NCBI GenBank assembly: GCA_958295755.1
Contig: OY282367.1
Span: 655,087 to 719,086, forward strand
Origin: an uncultured Acidimicrobiales bacterium
GTDB lineage: Bacteria; Actinomycetota; Acidimicrobiia; Acidimicrobiales; Hopanoidiivorantaceae
DNA: 64,000 bases
Direction of reading: 5' to 3'
Made by a program: the position numbers and the translations under genes
Notes under the pieces: model-generated
The model's database searches: none
The model's input: the letters and a program-made list of their open reading frames with translations, nothing else
Told to the model about the DNA's origin: nothing
Shown: one piece after another, positions 17,580 to 25,085 of the stretch
Numbering within the stretch: position 1 is the first letter of the stretch
How the letters are laid out: each line of letters starts with the position of its first letter

Positions 17580-17934
17580 TGGATGTGTGCGATACGACCG
17601 TTCCCAGTTTCTCCATTGAGGTTAGGAGTCTGCTGGGTCAGATGGCTTGAAGCCACCTCCAGTTCTTTCTCTGGTGTCAGCGGTCTTTGCCTGCTGTCAG
17701 CGGTCTTTCCCTGCTGTCTGTCCTCATTTCTGTTGCTAGGCGATGAGGTCTTGGCCCCGCCTTCCCGCCGTAGCGGAACGCAGTGTGCTAAAACAACTGG
17801 CCCCTAAGGGTCAGGCTGCCATAGCAAGATCGGCATTACGGTTGCCGTGTATTGTGGTGCCCTGTTTTTAGAGTCTGAGCAACTCTGGTCGCGCATCACA
17901 GCTGTCAGTCTCGGCGTCGAAACCGTTCAGCCCC
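17542..17934 (-). ncRNA. ssrA: tmRNA (SsrA)
   Basis: On the minus strand the 5' end is GGGGCTGAACGGTTTCGACG. The 3' end is GGGGGTTCGATTCCCCCCAGCTCCA, giving an acceptor stem with the G3:U alanine identity pair and a T-arm. CCA is not fully encoded. It lies directly downstream of smpB. The candidate tag reading frame is GGC AAC CGT AAT GCC GAT CTT GCT ATG GCA GCC TGA at 17846..17811, giving (A)GNRNADLAMAA. Confidence 0.85.
17675..17714 (-). repeat. 20-nt tandem duplication inside tmRNA
   Basis: tgtcagcggtctttgcctgc (17675-17694) and tgtcagcggtctttccctgc (17695-17714) differ at one position. Confidence 0.9.
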
Positions 17935-17944
17935 ATGTCAAGGT

Positions 17945-17973
17945 TCTATATTCACTATAGACGGATGAGGCAA
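17945..17973 (-). promoter_or_regulatory. candidate sigma-70-type promoter of ssrA
   Basis: On the minus strand there is TTGCCT, a 17-nt spacer, then TATAGA. The -10 element ends 10 nt before the mature tmRNA 5' end. Confidence 0.35.
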
Positions 17974-17995
17974 AATCTTGGTTGACACAAGTTCT

Positions 17996-18439
17996 TTAGC
18001 CGGCTGATTTTGCTTCTCTGGCAGCGTCTCGCTCATCTATTTGGCGACGTTTGTCTTGTTTTTGCTTACGGCGGGCCAGGGCAAGCGATACTTTGGCATT
18101 CTTACCAGAGAAATACATCGACAGGGGAATGAGCGTGAGTGGCTGAGTATCCAAGCTTCGCTGAAGTTTTTGGATTTCTTTGCGATGCAAAAGGAGCTTG
18201 CGTGGGCGTTCGGGCTCGTGGCTGAAAGCAGTGCCGGCTTGGGGATAGGGCGGTATGTACATACCTAGTAGCCAAGCTTCGCCTTTGGTGATGCGTGCGT
18301 AAGCTTCGGCGATCTGGGCTTTGCCGCCTCGTAGCGACTTGACTTCGCTACCAACCAGAACAATGCCAGCCTCCACGGTGTCGAGAATTTCAAAATCTCG
18401 TCTGGCACGACGATTAGTGGCGACAGGTTTTGCAGCCAT
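17996..18439 (-). CDS. smpB: SsrA-binding protein
   Basis: The sequence ...NRRARRDFEILDTVEAGIVLVGSEVKSLRGGKAQIAEAYARI... is typical of SmpB. It is adjacent to the tmRNA. Confidence 0.9.
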   Translation of the reverse strand: MAAKPVATNRRARRDFEILDTVEAGIVLVGSEVKSLRGGKAQIAEAYARITKGEAWLLGMYIPPYPQAGTAFSHEPERPRKLLLHRKEIQKLQRSLDTQPLTLIPLSMYFSGKNAKVSLALARRKQKQDKRRQIDERDAAREAKSAG

Positions 18440-18481
18440 CTTTTCAGGCTATGGGAAATGTCTTAGGTCGTTAGACTTGGA

Positions 18482-18907
18482 GTGGTGCTGAAAATCCCGT
18501 TGCCAATCTATGAGGAGATGACGGCTCATGCGGTAGCGGGGCTTCCCTACGAAGCCTGCGGCCTGTTCGCTACTGAATCGGGGGCAGATGAGATACGCCA
18601 GTTCTATCCGATGGAGAACGCCGCAGCTTCCCAGATGATTTACCAGCTTGACGGCAAAGAAAACCTAGAGGTAGAGATACGAGCCGAGGAAGCCGGCCTA
18701 GAAATCATCGGCGTTATGCATTCTCACACTCACACTCCTGCGTATCCTTCACCCACCGATGTGGCTGACGCTTCAAGATTTGATCCCTTCGCCATGATGC
18801 ACTTCATCATCGTCTCTTTAGAGCATGAAGAACCTTATTTGCGTAGTTTCAAAATCAAAGATGGTGAAATCACCGAAGAGGAAGTTGAGATCACAGGTGG
18901 TGTTTAG
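18482..18907 (+). CDS. mec: JAMM/MPN+ metalloprotease (Mec-like)
   Basis: The JAMM motif is HSHTHTPAYPSPTD, with an upstream E (YEACG). At 141 aa it abuts a CysM-like gene, as in the mycobacterial mec-cysO-cysM locus. Confidence 0.75.
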   Translation: MVLKIPLPIYEEMTAHAVAGLPYEACGLFATESGADEIRQFYPMENAAASQMIYQLDGKENLEVEIRAEEAGLEIIGVMHSHTHTPAYPSPTDVADASRFDPFAMMHFIIVSLEHEEPYLRSFKIKDGEITEEEVEITGGV

Positions 18908-19858
18908 ATGACGGCATATAGTTCGGTGCTCGACCTCATCGGGAACACACCGCTGGTTGATGTGAGTCAGCTTTGCCCGAAACCAGGGGTGAAAATTTTT
19001 GCCAAGCTGGAAAGTGACAATCCTGCTGGTTCTGTGAAAGACAGGATTGCCAAGGCGATGGTTCTGGATGCCGAAGCCACAGGCAGGCTTGCGCCGGGTG
19101 CAACGATTCTGGAACCTTCATCGGGGAACACAGGGATTGCTTTGGCGATGATCGCGCAAATACGGGGATACAAACTCAAGATCGTGCTACCTGAAAATGT
19201 GTCGGTAGAGCGGCGTCAGTTGTTGGAAGTTTTTGGGGCTGAAATCATCTCGTCTCCAGGTGAGGAAGGCTCTAATGGGGCTGTTCGGCTGGCGCAGAAA
19301 ATAGCTGAAGAGAATCCTGATTGGGTGTTTCTATATCAGTACGAAAATGACGCCAACCCGCGTGTCCACTTTGAGACTACAGGTCCTGAGATTTTGCGAG
19401 ACTGCCCTGAGATAACGCATTTTGTGGCGGGTTTGGGCACAAGTGGCACACTTATGGGTGTCGGTACCTATCTAAAGCAACAGCGGCCAGAAGTGCGAAT
19501 ATACGCTGTGGAACCTCCCACTGGCGAACTGGTGCAAGGACTTCGCAGTATGGATGAAGGTTATATTCCCCCTATTTTTGAAAACTGGAACGGTATAGAT
19601 CTGCTAGACGGCAAGAGTATCGTGCGGCCTCGTGATTCGCTCATCGGAGTGCGACGCTTAGCATCTGAGGTGGGGTTGTTTGTAGGTATTTCGTCTGGGG
19701 CAGCACTGGCTGGGGCTTTGAAGGTGGCAGAGAAGCTAGACGAAGGCTGTATTGTCTTCATCGTTTGCGACGGTGGCTGGAAGTATCTTTCTACTAACGC
19801 TTGGACTGCTCCCCTCGCCGAAGCAGTCGCAGACGCAGAGAAGATTATCTATTTCTGA
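18908..19858 (+). CDS. cysM: PLP-dependent cysteine synthase (CysM/CysK family)
   Basis: The PLP-lysine motif is NPAGSVKDRIA, together with SSGNTGIALA and GTSGT. The CysM assignment rather than CysK rests only on the mec neighbour. Confidence 0.7.
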   Translation: MTAYSSVLDLIGNTPLVDVSQLCPKPGVKIFAKLESDNPAGSVKDRIAKAMVLDAEATGRLAPGATILEPSSGNTGIALAMIAQIRGYKLKIVLPENVSVERRQLLEVFGAEIISSPGEEGSNGAVRLAQKIAEENPDWVFLYQYENDANPRVHFETTGPEILRDCPEITHFVAGLGTSGTLMGVGTYLKQQRPEVRIYAVEPPTGELVQGLRSMDEGYIPPIFENWNGIDLLDGKSIVRPRDSLIGVRRLASEVGLFVGISSGAALAGALKVAEKLDEGCIVFIVCDGGWKYLSTNAWTAPLAEAVADAEKIIYF

Positions 19859-19875
19859 TTTAATTCGGGGAGGAA

Positions 19876-21777
19876 TTAGCCGGTGCGGGATTCTCCTTGG
19901 GGGGATGTTGGGGGTGTTGTTTCGGAGGCTATTTGTACTATGCGACCGTCACCATCGGTGGGGTAGTCCTCAGCGGTGATTTGACCGCCCAGGCCTTCAG
20001 AGATGTACTGAGCCAGAGAAGCTTGATAGGTTATGCCCAAGCTGATGGCCTCTATGTCGCTCAGCGGGTAGCAGTCGCCACCGTTGGCTAGGAAGTTGAT
20101 AGTGGCAAGCACAACTGGATCGCCCGGCACTACTGCGCCGTCCTTCACGATCTCAGTGCCATCGGCCAAAGTTGCGCTGATCAGGCGACTACCTTCATTG
20201 CCTGTGAGTGAGCAGTCTCCATCGCGGTTGATTTCGCGGGCTTCAGCTGATGGATTTATAACTATGTTCATGCCGGAAATTTGGGCGAACTGACCATTAG
20301 CAGATGGCAGTCCGTCAATTGCTTGCTCTAGCATCGCATGGAGAGTCTCGCGAGGTACTTCTAGCACAACAATAAAGTTTGAGAAGGGTGCCATGTCGAA
20401 AGTGTCGCTCATGGTGATGTCGCCTGCCGGGATGACTGAGTCGTTGCGGATGCCGCCACCGTTCTGCACAGCTACTTGTGCTACTGGTGCTCCATAGGAC
20501 TCGGCCAAACGTTTGGCATTCCAAAGAGTGGCATCGGCCATGAGGTTACCGACATTGGTCTCAGTGGTGCGCACCGAGGCACGAACCCCGTTGAGGCCAA
20601 CTTCGCTCTGGCCGATGACATTGCTTTCAAGTTCGCTGAGTTCTGCCTGCAGAGGCTCAACCACAGCCGATTGCACAGCTGCATCAGGCGTCTCATCTAA
20701 GGCAACAGCTACGCTTCGTCCCGCCACACCGATGACATCGCCATCGGAGTCAAACCCGACTGTTAGCTGCCCAATGCATCGGTAGCCTCCCGGAGCGGTT
20801 ATCACATAAGCAGCCTTCCCGTCAGCGTTATTGCGTGACATTGGATAGTTGCCGAAAGGCTGCTCGTCTGGTAGGCAGGTGCTGTCATCGTTGCTCAGCA
20901 ATTCGTCACCGCCGCCAGCGATGGCAATATCTATCCCGCTGAGTTGCTCTACGAGTTCAAGGTCTTCATTCACCGATTGCAAGTGGCTCACCAAAATTAT
21001 GATGTTCACGCCATCGCTAGAAAGCCTTGCTGCTTCGGCATTCACGGCTTCAGCTACATCTGAAACAACCACATTTCGCGGGCTGGAAATATTTCGTAGC
21101 TGAGGTGTAACTGCTCCAATTACTCCCACAGAGACATCGCCGTATTCTACGACAGTGCTCTTTGCTAGCCGCCCTGCCTCAGCAGCCGCCACAAGACTGG
21201 GCTCTTCGGAATAATCAATGTTGGCAGACAAGAACGGCACTGCTGGGTCAAAACCGTTGATGAAGGTAGCTGTTACATCAGGGCCGAAGTCAAAGTCGTG
21301 ATTGCCCAGTGCTAAAGCATCGTAGAGTCCGCTGAGAGCAATCGCGTCGTAATAGCGAGAGCCGTCAGCTTCGTTTCTGTTAACGCTTATATCGAATTCT
21401 TTGGAGGCTAAGAAGTTATCTCCAGAGGTAAGAGTGATCACCCCGTCGGTTGTGGTGTCAGTTTCCATGCACTCCCAAGAAGCTTCTCCAGCACTGCAAA
21501 GGCTGGTTATCGTGGCACCGGCTGAGGCCGTTTGCAGGTTTTTCAGAGCTGTCACGAAACGAGCAATACCTGGGAAGCCAGATTCTTCATCGGGGACTAG
21601 CTTGGATTCACCATCATTGTTATGGAGAATCGTGAGCGTAAAAGCTGGATCAGAGCCTGACTGCTGTGCACTCGCCGACTGAGCCACAACAGCAGTAGCT
21701 GAGAGCAGCGCGACGGCAGCAAAAAGAGATATGAAGCTCTTGCCCTTGAAGACAGAGCGGAATGTTGTTTTGTCCAT
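19876..21777 (-). CDS. secreted bifunctional metallophosphatase / 5'-nucleotidase (UshA-like)
   Basis: A signal peptide (MDKTTFRSVFKGKSFISLFAAVALLSATAVVAQSASA) is followed by LTILHNNDGES and GNHDFDF metallophosphoesterase motifs and a 5'-nucleotidase C-terminal domain. I chose the start at ATG 21777. Confidence 0.8.
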   Translation of the reverse strand: MDKTTFRSVFKGKSFISLFAAVALLSATAVVAQSASAQQSGSDPAFTLTILHNNDGESKLVPDEESGFPGIARFVTALKNLQTASAGATITSLCSAGEASWECMETDTTTDGVITLTSGDNFLASKEFDISVNRNEADGSRYYDAIALSGLYDALALGNHDFDFGPDVTATFINGFDPAVPFLSANIDYSEEPSLVAAAEAGRLAKSTVVEYGDVSVGVIGAVTPQLRNISSPRNVVVSDVAEAVNAEAARLSSDGVNIIILVSHLQSVNEDLELVEQLSGIDIAIAGGGDELLSNDDSTCLPDEQPFGNYPMSRNNADGKAAYVITAPGGYRCIGQLTVGFDSDGDVIGVAGRSVAVALDETPDAAVQSAVVEPLQAELSELESNVIGQSEVGLNGVRASVRTTETNVGNLMADATLWNAKRLAESYGAPVAQVAVQNGGGIRNDSVIPAGDITMSDTFDMAPFSNFIVVLEVPRETLHAMLEQAIDGLPSANGQFAQISGMNIVINPSAEAREINRDGDCSLTGNEGSRLISATLADGTEIVKDGAVVPGDPVVLATINFLANGGDCYPLSDIEAISLGITYQASLAQYISEGLGGQITAEDYPTDGDGRIVQIASETTPPTSPQGESRTG

Positions 21778-21891
21778 GAAAGCGATAATAGCACATAACT
21801 GTGACAAGCATCTGAGGGAATTTTGGATGAATTCCTACGATGTTGCCGCCTGCCATTAAGAGGTAGTCATCTGCGATTAAAGTGTAAAGAG

Positions 21892-22845
21892 ATGCAACCC
21901 ATAGGGATTTTTGATAGCGGTGTGGGTGGACTCACGGTCGCTCGGGCTGTCATCGACCTTATGCCCGCAGAGCACATCGTATATTTTGGCGACACAGCCC
22001 GTGCCCCTTACGGTAGCAACCCGCCTGAGAAAGTCTTAGAAGATGCCAGCCGAGTGGCGAGGTATCTTGTGGAAGAGTTTGATGTGAAAATGCTTGTTAT
22101 CGCCTGCAACACGACTGCGGCTGTATTGCGGAGCGTGGCAGAAGAGGGGAGCGTGGCAGAAGAGGGGAGCGTGGCAGATGGGGAAGGTTTTGCGAGCGAC
22201 TTTACTGATGAGCTTGCGGTCATTGAGATTTTAACACCAGGGGTTCAAGCCTTGTTGGAGGCGTGCAACAAGACAATCAAGGTTGAGAAGACAATCAAGG
22301 TTGAGCAAGCTGGCGAGCGAGTTGTGAGGCGTGCCGGTGTGATTGCCACTGAGACGACTATTGCATCAGGTGCATATCAGCATGTTTTAAGCAAAGCTTT
22401 AGGGCGATTGACAGGGGAGGCTTTGGATCTCAGTTTTGTGGCATGTCCGGGATTTGTGGAGTTTGCAGAACGGGGCGAGGTGAATAGTGCAGAAGTGAGA
22501 ACTTTGGCTGAAGAGCAGCTGGCACCGCTCAAAGAGAAGCAAGTAGAGAAGTTGCTGCTGGGCTGCTCGCACTTTCCATTTTTGGCTGAAGTAATAAAAG
22601 ATGTACTGGGAGAGCAAGTTGAGTTGGTGTCCTCAGCAGAAGCGACTGCCACAACGGTGCGCGATGAACTAGAGAGGTTGGGGCTATGTGACAAAGAAAG
22701 AGACAGAGGTGAACATCTCTGGTTGGTTTCGGGCGAAGCAAGAGATTTCAAAGAAGTAGGTCAGAAATTTCTCGGCTTACCTATGAGTCATGTTGAGTCA
22801 GTTAAATCTCTAGCCCCCAACATTCATATGAAAGGCGCAGCATAA
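21892..22845 (+). CDS. murI: glutamate racemase
   Basis: It shows IGIFDSGVGGLTVARA, the first catalytic Cys in ACNTTAA and the second in LGCSHFP. The start is at ATG 21892. It carries two in-frame 18-bp tandem duplications. Confidence 0.85.
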   Translation: MQPIGIFDSGVGGLTVARAVIDLMPAEHIVYFGDTARAPYGSNPPEKVLEDASRVARYLVEEFDVKMLVIACNTTAAVLRSVAEEGSVAEEGSVADGEGFASDFTDELAVIEILTPGVQALLEACNKTIKVEKTIKVEQAGERVVRRAGVIATETTIASGAYQHVLSKALGRLTGEALDLSFVACPGFVEFAERGEVNSAEVRTLAEEQLAPLKEKQVEKLLLGCSHFPFLAEVIKDVLGEQVELVSSAEATATTVRDELERLGLCDKERDRGEHLWLVSGEARDFKEVGQKFLGLPMSHVESVKSLAPNIHMKGAA

Positions 22846-22855
22846 AAAAATACGC

Positions 22856-22879
22856 TGTTGCCCGCCGTGAAGTTAGCAA
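22856..22879 (+). repeat. 24-nt conserved intergenic motif, copy 1 (TGTTGCCCGCCGTGAAGTTAGCAA)
   Basis: It is 22/24 identical to 30932-30955. It lies between murI and rph. Confidence 0.85.
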
Positions 22880-22939
22880 GAGCCACTCAAGAGCCAATGA
22901 TAGATCCACCCTGCAACATGTTTTGTTTAGGATAGAAAA

Positions 22940-23695
22940 ATGACTACCAGATCTGACGGCAGAACAAATGGAGAGATGCGCAAGGTTTTATTCTTGCGCG
23001 ATTACACCAAGATGACGCCGGGATCAGTGCTGGCATGTTTTGGAAGCACCAGAGTTCTGTGCACCGTGTCGTTTGAAGACAGGGTGCCCCCCTGGTTGAG
23101 AGGCAGTGGTAGCGGCTGGATTACCTCGGAATACTCGATGCTGCCCGGCTCCACGCCAGGGCGAGTTTCAAGGGAAGCCGCCCAGGGCAGGCTCAAGGGA
23201 CGCACTCAAGAGATACAACGACTAATCGGCCGTAGCTTGCGGGCGGTAAGCAATCTTTCGGGTATGGGCGAATGCTCGTTGTATGTGGATTGCGATGTGC
23301 TTCAGGCAGACGGAGGCACTCGCACAGCTTCTATTTCAGGGGCTTGTCTAGCTTTGCATGACGCGGGCACAAGACTTGTCAGCAGAGGCATGATGACAGC
23401 GCACCCCCTGAGAGAGCTTTGTGCGGCTGTATCGGTTGGAGTAGTAAAGGGTGAATCCGTTTTAGACTTGCCCTACGAAGAAGACTCTGCTGCCGATGTG
23501 GATATGAACTTGGTGATGTCGGAATCTGGAAAGTTCATAGAGGTGCAGGGCACAGCAGAGGGAGCGACTTTCAGCTCGCAGCAGATGCAGGAGATGTTGA
23601 CTTTGGGCGAGGCGGGGATCGCTGAGATAATAAAAGCGCAGCAGACGTATCTGTCGGAAAAATTATCGCCCGGTTGGGGGTCTAGTTGGGGGTGA
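22940..23695 (+). CDS. rph: ribonuclease PH
   Basis: The sequence ...RSDGRTNGEMRKV...GSVLACFGSTRVLCTVS...GRTQEIQRLIGRSLR...DCDVLQADGGTRTASI... is typical of RNase PH. Confidence 0.9.
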   Translation: MTTRSDGRTNGEMRKVLFLRDYTKMTPGSVLACFGSTRVLCTVSFEDRVPPWLRGSGSGWITSEYSMLPGSTPGRVSREAAQGRLKGRTQEIQRLIGRSLRAVSNLSGMGECSLYVDCDVLQADGGTRTASISGACLALHDAGTRLVSRGMMTAHPLRELCAAVSVGVVKGESVLDLPYEEDSAADVDMNLVMSESGKFIEVQGTAEGATFSSQQMQEMLTLGEAGIAEIIKAQQTYLSEKLSPGWGSSWG

Positions 23696-23697
23696 GG

Positions 23698-24297
23698 ATG
23701 TTTGTTTCGGCAACGGGGAATCCCGACAAGCTGCGAGAGATCGTTGCGATTTTGGGCGATGAGATTGAGCTGTTACCTCGACCAGATGGATTAGCTGAAC
23801 CCGAGGAGGACGCAACAACATTGGAAGGCAATGCACGCATCAAGGCTCTATATGTGGTCAATGCTACGGGGCTACCTGCTATTGCCGATGACACTGGCTT
23901 GGAGGTTGACGCACTAGGCGGAGAGCCGGGTGTGAGGTCGGCACGATTTGCTGGTGAGAATGCTAGCTATGCAGACAACATTGAGTTGCTTTCGGAGCGG
24001 TTAGAAGGAGTTGCCCAAGAAGCAAGGTCAGCTCGCTTCAGAACAGTTGCCCTGGCCCGCTGGCCTGACGGGGAGGAGGTTATAGCTGAAGGAGTGCTAG
24101 AGGGTAGCATCGCAGAAACCCCCAGTGGAAATAACGGCTTCGGCTATGACCCGATCTTCATACCCACAGACAGCAACGGCCGCACCTTAGCTCAAATAAG
24201 CAACTCAGAAAAAAACACCATCAGTGCCAGAGGTAAGGCTTTTCGTGAGTTGATATCTAAGTGCGCCGGGTGGGATTTGAACCCACACGGACTATGA
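23698..24297 (+). CDS. rdgB: dITP/XTP pyrophosphatase (RdgB/HAM1)
   Basis: It shows ...ATGNPDKLREI..., ...DDTGLEVDALGGEPGVRSARF... and ...GFGYDPIF.... The start at ATG 23698 follows a GGGGGTGAGG RBS. The last 12 codons overlap tRNA-Leu in antisense. Confidence 0.85.
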   Translation: MFVSATGNPDKLREIVAILGDEIELLPRPDGLAEPEEDATTLEGNARIKALYVVNATGLPAIADDTGLEVDALGGEPGVRSARFAGENASYADNIELLSERLEGVAQEARSARFRTVALARWPDGEEVIAEGVLEGSIAETPSGNNGFGYDPIFIPTDSNGRTLAQISNSEKNTISARGKAFRELISKCAGWDLNPHGL

Positions 24298-24347
24298 GTC
24301 CACAGGGACCTAAACCCTGCGCGTCTGCCTAATTTCGCCACCGGCGC
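24262..24347 (-). tRNA. tRNA-Leu (anticodon TAG), class II with long variable arm
   Basis: The minus strand reads GCGCCGGTGGCGAAATTAGGCAGACGCGCAGGGTTTAGGTCCCTGTGGACTCATAGTCCGTGTGGGTTCAAATCCCACCCGGCGCA. The cloverleaf was folded by hand. The anticodon loop is TTTAGGT. CCA is not encoded. Confidence 0.85.
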
Positions 24348-24394
24348 GCACTAAATCGCGAAAGTTAGTAAAGCTTACGCTAGCCTGCGAATGA

Positions 24395-25012
24395 ATGAAT
24401 AACCAACATGAAACTCTAACAAAAGTCGAAAACCTTCTGGGTGCTACAGCCAAAAGCGAGCTTTTCCAGCAGTTTTTAGACGAGCAACTGCTCAATGAAC
24501 GCATTGTAATGCTGGATTCCGATGTGAACGCTAAGGTTGCCAGCAACATCATCAAGCAGCTCCTCTACCTAGAAGGCCAAGACAAAGAAAAAGACATCTG
24601 GCTCTATATCAACTCACCTGGTGGCTCAGTCACCGCAGGTATGGCGATCTACGACACCATGCAGTTCGTCTCGCCAGCTGTCGGCACGATATGCATGGGG
24701 CTAGGCGCATCTATGGGGCAGTTTTTGCTCTGCGCTGGTGCGCCCGGTAAGCGGTATTCTCTGCCGCACGCCCGCATCTTAATGCACCAGCCAAGTGGTG
24801 GTGTGGAAGGCCAAGCAACAGATATTGAAATTCAAGCCGAAGAGTTCGTGAAGAACAAAGAAAAACTCACTGAGCTACTTGCTCAACACACTGGGCAGAA
24901 GCCTGAGAAGATCTTGGAAGATTCCGACAGAGATCGCTGGTTCTCGGCCACCGAAGCCAGAGAATATGGCATGTTAGACAAAGTAATAGTCCGACGCGGA
25001 GAGATGCTTTAG
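24395..25012 (+). CDS. clpP: ATP-dependent Clp protease proteolytic subunit (paralog A, unlinked to clpX)
   Basis: The sequence ...[24 protein letters not shown]... is typical. The catalytic Ser is in GLGASMG, His in ILMHQP and Asp in DSDRD. Confidence 0.9.
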   Translation: MNNQHETLTKVENLLGATAKSELFQQFLDEQLLNERIVMLDSDVNAKVASNIIKQLLYLEGQDKEKDIWLYINSPGGSVTAGMAIYDTMQFVSPAVGTICMGLGASMGQFLLCAGAPGKRYSLPHARILMHQPSGGVEGQATDIEIQAEEFVKNKEKLTELLAQHTGQKPEKILEDSDRDRWFSATEAREYGMLDKVIVRRGEML

Positions 25013-25019
25013 CAGTGAC

Positions 25020-25061
25020 AGCACCCACTGCGAGGAAGTCGTAGCACTCACTGCGAGAAAG
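25020..25061. repeat. two copies of a 19-nt motif AGCACYCACTGCGAGRAAG between clpP and the double CoA-transferase
   Basis: The copies at 25020-38 and 25043-61 are 17/19 identical, with a 23-bp period. Confidence 0.85.
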
Positions 25062-25085
25062 CCAGGAGAAGGCTACTGTAGAAAG

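Noticed and set aside
17583-17807. A 74-aa ORF on the + strand downstream of the amidohydrolase.
   Set aside because: It lies completely inside the tmRNA gene in antisense, so it is an artefact of the ORF scan.
17542-17995. A possible genomic island integrated at ssrA or at the tRNA genes (24262 and 32213-32507).
   Set aside because: There is no integrase, recombinase, transposase or phage gene anywhere in the window. I saw no second copy of the tmRNA or tRNA 3' segment. The flanking genes are ordinary metabolic or core genes.
24348-24394. A ClgR-type operator upstream of either clpP gene (also 33898-33948).
   Set aside because: I could not find a convincing inverted repeat of the CGC...GCG type by eye. 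There are only isolated GCGAA half-sites.
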